Shown here: one piece after another, positions 17,470 to 26,318 of the stretch
How the letters are laid out: each line of letters opens with the position of its first letter
Position numbering within the stretch: position 1 is the first letter of the stretch
Sequence record: PV261924.1
Length of the DNA stretch: 64,000 bases
Direction: 5' to 3' (one strand)
Made by a program: the position numbers and the translations under genes
Notes under the pieces: generated by a model
Databases searched by the model: none
What the model was told of the DNA's origin: nothing
Seen by the model: only the letters and a program-made list of their open reading frames with translations

Positions 17470-19071
17470 TTACTTAGGTAATCTTTTAGCTTTTTCTACT
17501 TTCTTATCAATAGCTTTAATACCAGTCCTTGGCATTGCTTTAGCACTAATAGGATCTAGTTTATTAAATCTTTGAGAAGTCTTCTCACCTGTTACAAGAT
17601 CAGGATGAAGTCCTTTGATCTGAGGTGGTGGTGGATTCTCTGGAAACTCAGGTTTAATATCTTTATCTTTAAAGAATGCTTGTGGATTTTTAAGTTTTCT
17701 TTCCACAATCATTTCTCCTTCTGGTTCATAAGAATTTTTTTGATGTTGTCTATTTGTTTTCCATTTGTTTCTTACTCTCTGTCTATTTTTAACAGCATTT
17801 GCTCTTCTTTCTTCTGCTCTCTTAATTCTTTCAGGATCACCACTAGCATTTGCTGCTTCAAGTTCAGCAGTTGCATCTTGTAATTGTTTATCAGCTGCAG
17901 CAGTTTCTTGTTTTTGTTGTTCACTGGTTCCTCTTTCATAGTCTTGAGCATCTCTTTCAGCTCTTCCCATGTCAGGTTCCCAATTATTGACTAACCATTC
18001 TGCTGCATCATATGACAGATTAGTTACTGCCATAACTCCAGCAACACCCAATCCAATAAGTCCTGAAATAGCTTCAGCACTTAAACCAAGAAGTCCAAGT
18101 TCACCCATGGCTTGATCCATAGCAGTTTGATATAATTCTGTACCATATGGATTCTTAGAAAGTGGTGTCAAGTCTTGACTGTAATCAACCTCTGCTGCTT
18201 GTTCCCATGATGGTGCTTGAGAAGGATCAGTAAACTCTCTGTCGGCATTAGTACCAGGGAAGGAGTCACCAAATTTATTAAGAAGATATTGGTCACTTGC
18301 ATTCATCATCTCTCTGAGTTTTTTAATCTTCTGTTCATTTGATAATTTTGAGAACTCGCCAGTCCTTACAAATGCTGAGGCCTCAGGACTATCAAGTGGT
18401 ACAAATACAGTAAGTGGGGTTCTTCTTTGAAAAACAAATGAATTAACATTCCAAGTTGTGTAATCTCTTGGTGTGCTTGATCCAGCAAAAAAACTTCTTA
18501 ATTGGAATTCAATTTCAGTTCCAAGAACACTTTTTGCGTATGCAAGATCTATGGTTTGACTATTAAATAAATCATTTCTCATGATGTACCAATTATTCGG
18601 ACCACCAGATCTCATTGCTCTAGTTCTATAAAACAATCTCAACTCTTCACTTGAACCAATTGTTCTCTTAGTGATGTTTAACTTTAAAGTTGTATAATTG
18701 GTTAAGTCAATTAAACCAGTCTCTGCTTTTGCATTACCAAAACTACCAGGTATATTATTTGAATCCAACACCATGATGCTTCCATCTACTGATGCTCCAG
18801 TATCTAAAATATATTCTGCAGATGTAACATCAGCAAGAGTTGTTTCTCCTTCAGCAGGAAGAGTAGTGGCATAAGTCATTGCCTGAGTAGTCATGTTCTC
18901 ACTCAGGTCAAATCTCCAGTTAGAATACTTAGGACTATTATTGTTTGCAATTATTTCTAATTCTTTTTTACGACACAGTTCTTCTATACGCTTCTCTTCC
19001 TGAAGCTTCCATGTATTTCTTTTGACATCCGCCATGGATACATGACGAAGAATTGAATTATAAGACGCCAT
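17470..19071 (-). CDS. Modular hypothetical protein, probably virion-associated
   Basis: 533 aa; KYSNWR.DLSE motif, central variable domain, hydrophobic Gly-rich segment, C-terminal PEFPENPPP...KLDPISAKAMP. Confidence 0.7.
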   Translation of the reverse strand: MASYNSILRHVSMADVKRNTWKLQEEKRIEELCRKKELEIIANNNSPKYSNWRFDLSENMTTQAMTYATTLPAEGETTLADVTSAEYILDTGASVDGSIMVLDSNNIPGSFGNAKAETGLIDLTNYTTLKLNITKRTIGSSEELRLFYRTRAMRSGGPNNWYIMRNDLFNSQTIDLAYAKSVLGTEIEFQLRSFFAGSSTPRDYTTWNVNSFVFQRRTPLTVFVPLDSPEASAFVRTGEFSKLSNEQKIKKLREMMNASDQYLLNKFGDSFPGTNADREFTDPSQAPSWEQAAEVDYSQDLTPLSKNPYGTELYQTAMDQAMGELGLLGLSAEAISGLIGLGVAGVMAVTNLSYDAAEWLVNNWEPDMGRAERDAQDYERGTSEQQKQETAAADKQLQDATAELEAANASGDPERIKRAEERRANAVKNRQRVRNKWKTNRQHQKNSYEPEGEMIVERKLKNPQAFFKDKDIKPEFPENPPPPQIKGLHPDLVTGEKTSQRFNKLDPISAKAMPRTGIKAIDKKVEKAKRLPK

Positions 19072-19096
19072 CTACGTAGATGTTTTCTTATATTTA

Positions 19097-19252
19097 TTAG
19101 TAGGTAAATTCGTTTATGTAATCAAGAACCTTGTTGAGATACTCGTCAGCAAGGTATTTGTTTTCTGCAAGACCTTCTCTATCTTTGAGTTCGTTTTTCA
19201 ATCTATAAACCTTAGATAAAATCTCATACCTGGTCAGTTGTCCGTGGGGCAT
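19097..19252 (-). CDS. Small hypothetical protein
   Basis: Manual translation MPHGQLTRYEILSKVYRLKNEL...ADEYLNKVLDYINEFTY. Confidence 0.65.
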   Translation of the reverse strand: MPHGQLTRYEILSKVYRLKNELKDREGLAENKYLADEYLNKVLDYINEFTY

Positions 19253-19514
19253 CATATTCTCCTTTTATCTTTGAATCAATAAACCTAGATCTTTTCTTCC
19301 AAGTATCCTTTTCTCCATATATATGACCTTTCTTGTGAGAAGGGTTTATACATTGAGGAGATTCCACCAAACCACAGACGAGGTTAGATAGGGTTTCAGG
19401 ATCTCCAAGCTTACCAGTGCCAGACCATATATGTTGTCCATTTAACCAAATTGCTCCACACTTAGAACATTCCTTTCTATCAATAGATAGGTCAGAAGTT
19501 TCTTTATCGGCCAT
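19224..19514 (-). CDS. Conserved Cys-containing hypothetical protein
   Basis: KECSKCGAIWLNGQHIWSGTG, LVC...CINP. Confidence 0.75.
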   Translation of the reverse strand: MADKETSDLSIDRKECSKCGAIWLNGQHIWSGTGKLGDPETLSNLVCGLVESPQCINPSHKKGHIYGEKDTWKKRSRFIDSKIKGEYDAPRTTDQV

Positions 19515-19634
19515 AGATTGTTACACTGTGATACAATTTCAACTATTTACAAATTTTAGTATTTCTATAGATTAAAATGTTAGTGTTGTAACACACTCAG
19601 ATAATTCTAAATATCTACAGTGTACGTTAGATCA

Positions 19635-20132
19635 ATGAAAAAAGTCTTTCTGACTTTAGGTATGTTATTGATGACCGCAGGTGCTGCAAATGCTGGCGGA
19701 CTTGTTCATAGTATGTCTTCTTCTGTTCAACTGACTGTTGATTCAGCAAGAACTCAATCAACTAGACTTGGTAATCAGTACTCCGTGTCAGGAAGTAATG
19801 TCAATACTTCTGATGGAACAAATTCAGGAGCATTGACCACTGGTTCAATTTCAAGTGGTGTCTATTCACCTGGTACCATCACTGCAACTCAAGCAACAGC
19901 TGGTGAAGCATTCTCTTTCTCAACTTCATTTATTGAGGGTGATGCTCTGAGCACTTCTGCTCCTACTGTAGGAACTGTAAGTAACTTCTCAAGTCAAACT
20001 TCTTATGCATCTGGGTCAGCTGGAAGTCTCGCAGGTACAATTACAACTGATGGTGGTATCACTCTAACTGCTGGTGGAGCTGGTACAAGTGCAACAGGTC
20101 AATTCGTCTCTGAAATCACGGTCATCGATTGA
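19635..20132 (+). CDS. Signal-peptide, Ser/Thr/Gly-rich exported protein
   Basis: MKKVFLTLGMLLMTAGAANA signal peptide; beta-rich body. Confidence 0.75.
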   Translation: MKKVFLTLGMLLMTAGAANAGGLVHSMSSSVQLTVDSARTQSTRLGNQYSVSGSNVNTSDGTNSGALTTGSISSGVYSPGTITATQATAGEAFSFSTSFIEGDALSTSAPTVGTVSNFSSQTSYASGSAGSLAGTITTDGGITLTAGGAGTSATGQFVSEITVID

Positions 20133-20575
20133 TGACTAGACTACAAGAAGCAATCGGTCTTGGATTGGTTCTTGGTGTGGTTCACGGGTTACTACAACCA
20201 GCACACAGTGTACCCGTAGTACCAAACTTTACTCAGGGAAGTATGACAAGTCATACTGAAACCACGAGCACAGTGACTGAAACCATTAATTCAATGGACT
20301 ACAACACAGGGTATCAATACTCTGCAACTGGGTCTGGAGTAACTGTCAATGGAAATTTATCTCCAGGAACTGGTTCTGTAAATGTTAATATCAATGGGGT
20401 GACCTCATCATGGACTGGAGCAACATCAAAACCAGTATTTTCTCAAACAACAACAGGTGCTCCGTTTCAGTTCACCGAAACATACAGGGGACCAGGGCTC
20501 AGCAATCACACGATTATCCAACGTACCACAGAAATCAAAAGTGTCACAGACACTACAAGTATATTCTCCCAGTAA
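20129..20575 (+). CDS. Signal-peptide exported protein
   Basis: ...LLQPAHS-VPVVPNFTQGSMTSHTET. Confidence 0.75.
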   Translation: MMTRLQEAIGLGLVLGVVHGLLQPAHSVPVVPNFTQGSMTSHTETTSTVTETINSMDYNTGYQYSATGSGVTVNGNLSPGTGSVNVNINGVTSSWTGATSKPVFSQTTTGAPFQFTETYRGPGLSNHTIIQRTTEIKSVTDTTSIFSQ

Positions 20576-21273
20576 TTTTAAGTGTATTATTCCCGTCTTC
20601 ATCAATGGCTGAAACAGTGGGTGGTGTTAGCGCCACAGCTGCTCCTGTTGCTAACTCTTCAGGTTCTGTTACTAATCAAGCTATCCAAGTCCTCCAAGGA
20701 CCATACATCACTAACACATATGGAGGAGGAATTCAATGTCAGGGACCTACTCTTAATGTAACGCCATTCATTACTGGTTCATTGTCACAGGCTCATCCCT
20801 ATGAACCATACTATAATGACCCTGTATATGATATGTCTGACTTAGATGATGATGGTGTACTTGATAACCCTGGAAACATCTTATATCATGTTCCTACTAG
20901 AACGGGTCAAAAGAATAATACAAACCTGTCTCTGGGGTTCTCAGCCACCTGGTCTAATCCTTTAGATAAAACATTACAAGACCAGTGTAAGAGAGCAGCA
21001 GCAACACAGATTGCATTACAAGAACAGTTGACTGCAAACAAACGTCTAGACTTCGAGATTGCCAGACTGAAGAATTGTGGCGAGTTGAAGAAACAAGGCA
21101 TCTATTTCCACCCCAAGTCGCCATATTATAAAATATGTGCGGATGTGATTGTTACTAATCCTGGTGGTGTCATCCCCCCTCATAGACATACTATTCCCTC
21201 CCCTTCAAAATCCGAACAGCCTTATTCCTCGAACGCTGCTGACCTCGGCGCTCCCTTAACGAATCAACCTTAA
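20542..21273 (+). CDS. Exported hypothetical protein (start uncertain)
   Basis: ETVGGVSATAAPVANSSGSVTNQAIQV, QCQGPT, RLKNCGEL; frame is open from 20410. Confidence 0.7.
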   Translation, partial: CHRHYKYILPVILSVLFPSSSMAETVGGVSATAAPVANSSGSVTNQAIQVLQGPYITNTYGGGIQCQGPTLNVTPFITGSLSQAHPYEPYYNDPVYDMSDLDDDGVLDNPGNILYHVPTRTGQKNNTNLSLGFSATWSNPLDKTLQDQCKRAAATQIALQEQLTANKRLDFEIARLKNCGELKKQGIYFHPKSPYYKICADVIVTNPGGVIPPHRHTIPSPSKSEQPYSSNAADLGAPLTNQP

Positions 21274-21850
21274 CCTTTTTACCTACCATTTGAGATACCT
21301 TCTTTACAACTTTCTTGATGGTTGGTTTAATTAACTTGAGTAGAAGGTCAGCAAGTGGTTTTGCCAACAGTGCTGATGTGGTTGCAACAAGAGCAATCGA
21401 TGCAGTGGTTGTAACTGTACCCAGTGGTGGTAGATATTCTTCTGTCCAGGGTATCTCTGGTTTGGTTTCTACAGTTTCTTCCTCCTCTACAATGGCAGTT
21501 TGTGGAGGAGTTTTTGGTATCTCTGGAGTCTCTGGTATAGGTGGTTCTGGTGAATTTGGAACCTTAGGTACCTTTGCTGGTTCTGTATAGATTAATTGTT
21601 CAGGTTCAAACTGAATAGGATTAAAACCAGGGATGCCAGAGTCACAAATTGTAAAATTACCTTTCGGGTCGTCAGTGGGGAGTGTGGTTGATGTTGAGTC
21701 ACGAGCTTCTACACATCCAGGTAAGTTTACTATTGGTAGACCAATGTCAACTGTGACAGGTGCATTAATACCTGATACTACAGGTGGTGCATTGGATAAT
21801 GGATTGATCTGTATCCTTATCGGGTCGATCCGTATAGGTTGAATTTCCAT
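21191..21850 (-). CDS. Pro-rich membrane-anchored hypothetical protein
   Basis: PGCVEAR, TTASIALVATTSALLAKPLADLLLKLIKP. Confidence 0.7.
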   Translation of the reverse strand: MEIQPIRIDPIRIQINPLSNAPPVVSGINAPVTVDIGLPIVNLPGCVEARDSTSTTLPTDDPKGNFTICDSGIPGFNPIQFEPEQLIYTEPAKVPKVPNSPEPPIPETPEIPKTPPQTAIVEEEETVETKPEIPWTEEYLPPLGTVTTTASIALVATTSALLAKPLADLLLKLIKPTIKKVVKKVSQMVGKKVKVDSLRERRGQQRSRNKAVRILKGRE

Positions 21851-22016
21851 GTAGTTCACTGACAATTAAAGCCTTTTCAGCCATTAAAACCGTGGGACAT
21901 AACTGTCCAGTTAATGATCCTTCAGTAAGTGCAAATGCTGGTGAGGAAAAAAGAATAAAGATCCAGAACATAATTCAATTTCAAATAATTTATATTTAAC
22001 ATCTCTCACCAAATTT

Positions 22017-22274
22017 TTAGAAAGGAAGAGGACCGCCAGTGACTTTTGGTGTTGATTTGATAACATCACCAGTTGCATCAGGTAGTTCTGGCATTGCTGC
22101 ATCCAACATACCAGGTAATGCATTTGTGATTGACTCAGTAACACCATTAATCATTTGAGTCTTCACATTATGAATCATGTTATCTTTCTCAAGGTAGATC
22201 CATGTACCACCTACGACTACGCCCAGTGATACAAGACCTGAAAGTAATGCAATACCATTAATGATCTTTTGCAT
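22017..22274 (-). CDS. Conserved membrane protein
   Basis: MQKIINGIALLSGLVS TM segment. Confidence 0.7.
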   Translation of the reverse strand: MQKIINGIALLSGLVSLGVVVGGTWIYLEKDNMIHNVKTQMINGVTESITNALPGMLDAAMPELPDATGDVIKSTPKVTGGPLPF

Positions 22275-22476
22275 TTTCTTCTACCTTTTTAAAAAGTTCT
22301 TCTCTATCTATAAGAAGTTGTTTCTCCAACTTTCTTTTCATTAATTCCATCTTGATACGAAGTGGAATGAATCTTAATTGTAAATCAATGTAAGCAAACA
22401 ATTTCATTGTGTTGTCAAATCCTGCGTATGCTACCAGGAGAACAACAATTGTGACTGTAAGATATAAACCAATCAT
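22258..22476 (-). CDS. Small membrane protein
   Basis: N-terminal TM segment. Confidence 0.6.
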   Translation of the reverse strand: MIGLYLTVTIVVLLVAYAGFDNTMKLFAYIDLQLRFIPLRIKMELMKRKLEKQLLIDREELFKKVEENAKDH

Positions 22477-22549
22477 GATCTTCTAGTCCATGTTAATTCC
22501 ATTGTAATACAAAGAAGAATTAAAAATCCGTATACAAAAATACCACTTA

Positions 22550-23008
22550 TCATACTAGAGTTCCATGTGCTCTACGAATCTCACGTAGTTCTTCAAAGTC
22601 TTTTTGTTTAGTACCACCATCATACGCCCAAGCGTATCCTTCAGTAATCATTTGTTCGTTAAGGGACAACTCGCCGTCCCCGACATAAAGCCAGCCAAGA
22701 AGGCGACCGTACTTACCGACCCCACCAACAAGCTCAGTGCGAATAACGAGATCATCATCTCCACTGATAGCACCTTCCAGTTTATCTTTAAGCCAGTTAG
22801 TCGCATGAATACCTAGCTCCTTTTCTTCAAGGTCTTTGGTTCTTTTCTCTGGCGTGTCCACACCAGCAACTCTAACTCTTTCTTTTTTATAAAGGTCAAA
22901 ACCGAGATCGATTGTGACATCGATTGTGTCCCCATCCAACACTCTATCTATAGAGATGACTCTGAAATTGTAACAACTCTTACGACTTGGTGGTGTCATT
23001 GCTCCCAT
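22550..23008 (-). CDS. Thermonuclease (SNase)-family nuclease
   Basis: RVLDGDTID, RVRVAGVDTPE, GKYGRLLG, EGYAWAY. Confidence 0.9.
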   Translation of the reverse strand: MGAMTPPSRKSCYNFRVISIDRVLDGDTIDVTIDLGFDLYKKERVRVAGVDTPEKRTKDLEEKELGIHATNWLKDKLEGAISGDDDLVIRTELVGGVGKYGRLLGWLYVGDGELSLNEQMITEGYAWAYDGGTKQKDFEELREIRRAHGTLV

Positions 23009-23144
23009 TCGACATCTCCCTATTGGATAGATCTATTAACGTATATATGTAATACCCAACACCACAAAGGAGTGCTATCAAACAAATGACAACACTCCAT
23101 GTTACGTCGTTTACATCATTCAGGGGTCTAAGGAAAAGATTCAT
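22980..23144 (-). CDS. Small membrane protein
   Basis: Manual translation MNLFLRPLNDVNDVTWSVVICLIALLCGVGYYIYTL... Confidence 0.6.
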   Translation of the reverse strand: MNLFLRPLNDVNDVTWSVVICLIALLCGVGYYIYTLIDLSNREMSNGSNDTTKS

Positions 23145-23290
23145 GGATTTTTGGGGTCAATACCTAATTTGATAAGATACTCAATCCACCAATCTTGATC
23201 TTTGATATATCTCCAGTTAGGAACTTTTTCATTTTTTTCTACCACATAATATTGATAGAGGGCATCATCGATAGTCTGTGCGATCTCCAT
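23141..23290 (-). CDS. Hypothetical protein
   Basis: MEIAQTIDDAL...VPNWRYIKDQDWW. Confidence 0.6.
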   Translation of the reverse strand: MEIAQTIDDALYQYYVVEKNEKVPNWRYIKDQDWWIEYLIKLGIDPKNP

Positions 23291-23474
23291 ATTCTTCATC
23301 CTCTTCGTCAACGTCCTCATATGGATTTGCCACATAGGGTCCATGGGGTTTTCTGGATTCTGCTTTGACATAACTCTGCTCTTCGTTTACTGCAAAGATC
23401 CACAGACTTAATTTCATAACCACCCAGATTATCACTAGTGGTAAGAAACAAGCTACTAGTATCATGGGTTTCAT
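23265..23474 (-). CDS. Small membrane protein
   Basis: LVACFLPLVIIWVVMKL; acidic tail. Confidence 0.65.
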   Translation of the reverse strand: MKPMILVACFLPLVIIWVVMKLSLWIFAVNEEQSYVKAESRKPHGPYVANPYEDVDEEDEEYGDRTDYR

Positions 23475-23611
23475 TTGTCAAAGGGTGCCCAATGTTCCCA
23501 ACCATATTTATGGACTGCCCACATACCTAGAATAGGTACAAATATTAAAATGAATCCCAAGAATCCTAATGCAGGAGGAGATTCCATCCAGTGACGTACA
23601 AATAGAATCAT
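23471..23611 (-). CDS. Small membrane protein
   Basis: Manual translation MILFVRHWMESPPALGFLGFILIFVPILGMWAVHKYGWEHWAPFDK. Confidence 0.6.
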   Translation of the reverse strand: MILFVRHWMESPPALGFLGFILIFVPILGMWAVHKYGWEHWAPFDK

Positions 23612-23698
23612 TGGTCTGTAAAAGCGGCTATACAAAATAAAACGAATCCAAATGAAATTGGAATCATTATAATGACAAACTGTTGTACTATTTGTGTG

Positions 23699-23920
23699 CT
23701 AATTGACATTTCCATTTCCCCACTGTAACCAAAGGTCTCTAAAATAGAAATCAACTGAAGAAAGTCTATCTAATGGAGCTTCTTCTTCTGTACCAGCCCA
23801 AGTCATACAAAATCTTGATACATCAGTATGTGATTCGACATAAGGTACACCATACATTCTTGAGAATGAACTCATTGCAAAGATGTACCTCATCTTAATG
23901 TGCGGTTCCATTTCCATCAT
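23699..23920 (-). CDS. Hypothetical protein
   Basis: RYIFAMSSFSRMYG, VDFYFRDLW. Confidence 0.6.
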   Translation of the reverse strand: MMEMEPHIKMRYIFAMSSFSRMYGVPYVESHTDVSRFCMTWAGTEEEAPLDRLSSVDFYFRDLWLQWGNGNVN

Positions 23921-24026
23921 AGTCGTCCGAGTCGTAGTAATCATTCTCTCCCTTGATAAAACCAAAGCAAAGTGTTGTAACTACAAATGGGACACATATC
24001 CAAACTAAAAAGTCAGCAAGTTCCAT
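23895..24026 (-). CDS. Small membrane protein
   Basis: LVWICVPFVVTTLCFG, KGENDYYDSDDYDGNGTAH. Confidence 0.6.
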   Translation of the reverse strand: MELADFLVWICVPFVVTTLCFGFIKGENDYYDSDDYDGNGTAH

Positions 24027-24180
24027 CGTCCTCATCGTTGTCGTAGAATAGTTTGCATGACCACCATTCATCATCCTCTTCATAAAGAGGACAGGGTTCC
24101 TCAAAAAGATATGCCATCCTTAATTGGTAAACCCTTTCTCTAAGTGACTTATAGAATTCTCTTTTCTCGTCTTGATTCAT
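24013..24180 (-). CDS. Small acidic hypothetical protein
   Basis: Manual translation MNQDEKREFYKSLRERVYQLRMAYLFEEPCPLYE... Confidence 0.6.
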   Translation of the reverse strand: MNQDEKREFYKSLRERVYQLRMAYLFEEPCPLYEEDDEWWSCKLFYDNDEDDGTC

Positions 24181-24500
24181 TCGACGTGTACTTTACCAAT
24201 CATTCCTGCACCTTTATGTGGTCCACACCAATAAGTATAGTCACCTGACTCAGGGAATTCAACAGTAAAGTCTTCACCTGGTAACATTGCCAGAGCTTCG
24301 TGACCCAATTCGGGATGGTCTTCTACCACAACATTGTGAGGAGGAAGCATATTATTAATAAAATGTACTGACTCACCAGCAGCAATAGAAATTTCAGCAG
24401 GTTCAAAAACTAGATTACCATCGTAACCCATTTGAACATCAACTGCCCATACTGGAGAGGAAAATAAAATTGTAGCGAGAAGAGCAAAAATAAACTTCAT
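24177..24500 (-). CDS. petE: Plastocyanin
   Basis: Signal peptide; PHNVV and YTYWCGPHKGAGM copper ligands. Confidence 0.95.
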   Translation of the reverse strand: MKFIFALLATILFSSPVWAVDVQMGYDGNLVFEPAEISIAAGESVHFINNMLPPHNVVVEDHPELGHEALAMLPGEDFTVEFPESGDYTYWCGPHKGAGMIGKVHVE

Positions 24501-24522
24501 ATAACTCTTACAACTACACTAT

Positions 24523-24732
24523 CTATTCAAGAGATGTGTGTTTATACCTATCGTTTGTCTTGACTTCCTGACTTATCATTTCTCCGAACTCTTTACAACA
24601 TTTTAACCATTCTTGTCTTGCTTTCTTTCTGTCAGGATCGTTTGGATTTCTTGTCTGAAATAAAGAAAACCACACCCTCCAGAGGTCTGCACATTCGTCA
24701 GACTTCTTTTGAAGGTGTGGTTCTCGATACAA
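24523..24732 (-). CDS. Hypothetical protein
   Basis: MYREPHLQKKSDECADLW. Confidence 0.65.
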   Translation of the reverse strand: MYREPHLQKKSDECADLWRVWFSLFQTRNPNDPDRKKARQEWLKCCKEFGEMISQEVKTNDRYKHTSLE

Positions 24733-24734
24733 TT

Positions 24735-25034
24735 TTACTTTTTAGGTTCGATTGTAGATTGAACAGGTGGTTCTCCTTCTTTCTTTTTGGGTGGTTGACC
24801 ACCACCAGTTTTGGCTGGTGACAATCCGAAAGCTGCAAGAGAGCCTGAGAATACTGATGCGATAAAAGTAGGGTCGAAGTCAAGAATCTTCTGACCATTT
24901 GGGAGTCTTACGTAACTGAATGTAAGAAGAGATGCAGACCAAATAAGTACAACAACTTTGACTAGATTACCTAGTACCTCACTCTTATCTTCATCTTGGT
25001 CCTTCTCTTCTACTTTTTTTGGTTTGCCAAGCAT
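24735..25034 (-). CDS. Two-TM conserved hypothetical protein
   Basis: VKVVVLIWSASLLTFSY, DPTFIASVFSGSLAAFG. Confidence 0.75.
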   Translation of the reverse strand: MLGKPKKVEEKDQDEDKSEVLGNLVKVVVLIWSASLLTFSYVRLPNGQKILDFDPTFIASVFSGSLAAFGLSPAKTGGGQPPKKKEGEPPVQSTIEPKK

Positions 25035-25062
25035 GAGTAGAAAATAAGGGTGTAATTATTTA

Positions 25063-25191
25063 TTAGACACCCTCATATACTGGTTGCATAATACCTTTAT
25101 CGGGACCGTTATCATCATCGTCTACATCATCTGTGAGTAGAATAGAATAGAAGATGAAGGTCCCTAACAGGATGGAACCTATTAATAACAT
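25063..25191 (-). CDS. Small membrane protein
   Basis: TM segment followed by DDDDNGPDKGIMQP. Confidence 0.55.
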   Translation of the reverse strand: MLLIGSILLGTFIFYSILLTDDVDDDDNGPDKGIMQPVYEGV

Positions 25192-25196
25192 ATCGT

Positions 25197-25304
25197 TCAC
25201 CAGATGCCAGGAATGATTTGACCTGTGGTTGCGTATGCACCCATGGCTGCCATGACACCAATCATTGCTGCCCAACCATTAATACGTTCTGCGTTTTCGT
25301 TCAT
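25197..25304 (-). CDS. hli: High-light-inducible protein (35 aa)
   Basis: Manual translation MNENAERINGWAAMIGVMAAMGAYATTGQIIPGIW; contains AERINGWAAMIG and TGQIIPGIW motifs. Confidence 0.93.
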   Translation of the reverse strand: MNENAERINGWAAMIGVMAAMGAYATTGQIIPGIW

Positions 25305-25450
25305 TGTTTTTCCTCTTGGGTTTTGTTTGTAATGATAATCTTTTGACCATCGTGGGTAAATTGTAACTCATCATCTGGATCCCACAGTAACTCTTTATAC
25401 AAATCATCGAGTTTCTGCATGTCAATGTAGAGTTGATCTGGATTTGGCAT
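25301..25450 (-). CDS. Small hypothetical protein
   Basis: Manual translation MPNPDQLYIDMQKLDDLYKELLWDPDDELQF... Confidence 0.6.
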   Translation of the reverse strand: MPNPDQLYIDMQKLDDLYKELLWDPDDELQFTHDGQKIIITNKTQEEKQ

Positions 25451-25460
25451 GATCAACTCC

Positions 25461-25754
25461 TCAAAGATTTTCTTCCTGTTCAGAAAGAATTACACAATCA
25501 CTAGTCGGATATGCAACACAGGTCAGAATATATCCCTCTTCAATTTGGTCATCATCCAGGAAGGATTGTTCTTCGTTGTCTACAGTTCCACTAAGGATCT
25601 TACCAGCACATGCAGAACATGCACCAGCCTTACAGGAGTAAGGGAGATCGATACCTGACTCTTCAGCTGCCTCAAGAATATACTGGTCATCAGCACACTC
25701 AAAGGTAGATTCAGAACCCTCAGGGGATTGAATAGTGATGTTGTAAGTTGCCAT
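25461..25754 (-). CDS. petF: Plant-type [2Fe-2S] ferredoxin
   Basis: [13 protein letters not shown]...LTCVAYP. Confidence 0.96.
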   Translation of the reverse strand: MATYNITIQSPEGSESTFECADDQYILEAAEESGIDLPYSCKAGACSACAGKILSGTVDNEEQSFLDDDQIEEGYILTCVAYPTSDCVILSEQEENL

Positions 25755-25757
25755 CGT

Positions 25758-25844
25758 TTAGTAAGTTTCGGATAATTGTTCTACAGAGTACGCCAACAAT
25801 ACGAAGAAGGCGATACTCGTTAGTGTAAAGAGTGTTGAAGTCAT
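25758..25844 (-). CDS. 28-aa single-TM peptide
   Basis: MTSTLFTLTSIAFFVLLAYSVEQLSETY; fills the intergenic gap. Confidence 0.5.
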   Translation of the reverse strand: MTSTLFTLTSIAFFVLLAYSVEQLSETY

Positions 25845-25846
25845 TG

Positions 25847-26038
25847 TCAAGTGTTCCTCTGTACTTCGTAGATAGATGAATCACCATATGTCTTGTGATC
25901 CTTATAACCAACCATGCGACCCTTGGTATTTTGAAGGGCGGGCATGAATGCAATTAAAAAGAATACTGCAGGTGCCCCTACAAAAAGTAAAGAGGCAATG
26001 ACGTAATACGTCAACAATTCAGCAATAGAAGTTTCCAT
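25847..26038 (-). CDS. Small host-like membrane protein
   Basis: VGAPAVFFLIAFMPALQNTKGRMVGYKDHK. Confidence 0.65.
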   Translation of the reverse strand: METSIAELLTYYVIASLLFVGAPAVFFLIAFMPALQNTKGRMVGYKDHKTYGDSSIYEVQRNT

Positions 26039-26256
26039 CAGAATCCGAATGCACCGAAGAAGAATACACTACCAGAAGTAGCATAAGATACTACGGCAGC
26101 AACGAAACCAAGCATTGCCACACGTCCATTCAACTTCTCTGCTTTCTCAGCATGAGTTTCGATACCATAACGGTCAAGGTCTTCCTTGGTCATATACATT
26201 GCAGGTTCAGTAGCCCACATGTTTTGTTGGCCACGATCATTAGTAGTTACAGTCAC
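26038..26256 (-). CDS. hli: High-light-inducible protein
   Basis: AEKLNGRVAMLGF chlorophyll-binding motif. Confidence 0.92.
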   Translation of the reverse strand: MTVTTNDRGQQNMWATEPAMYMTKEDLDRYGIETHAEKAEKLNGRVAMLGFVAAVVSYATSGSVFFFGAFGF

Positions 26257-26283
26257 GGATCTCTCCTGTGTGAAGTATTGTTA

Positions 26284-26313
26284 CATTATATATGTTTTCT
26301 TTACATTCTGTCA
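26284..26313 (-). promoter_or_regulatory. sigma70 promoter of the hli-petF-petE run
   Basis: TTGACA-N18-TATAAT. Confidence 0.7.
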
Positions 26314-26318
26314 ACCCT

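Noticed and set aside
21765-21971. 68-aa ORF with a signal-peptide-like start
   Set aside because: Overlaps the next gene by ~85 nt in another frame; could be real but is not supported enough to list.
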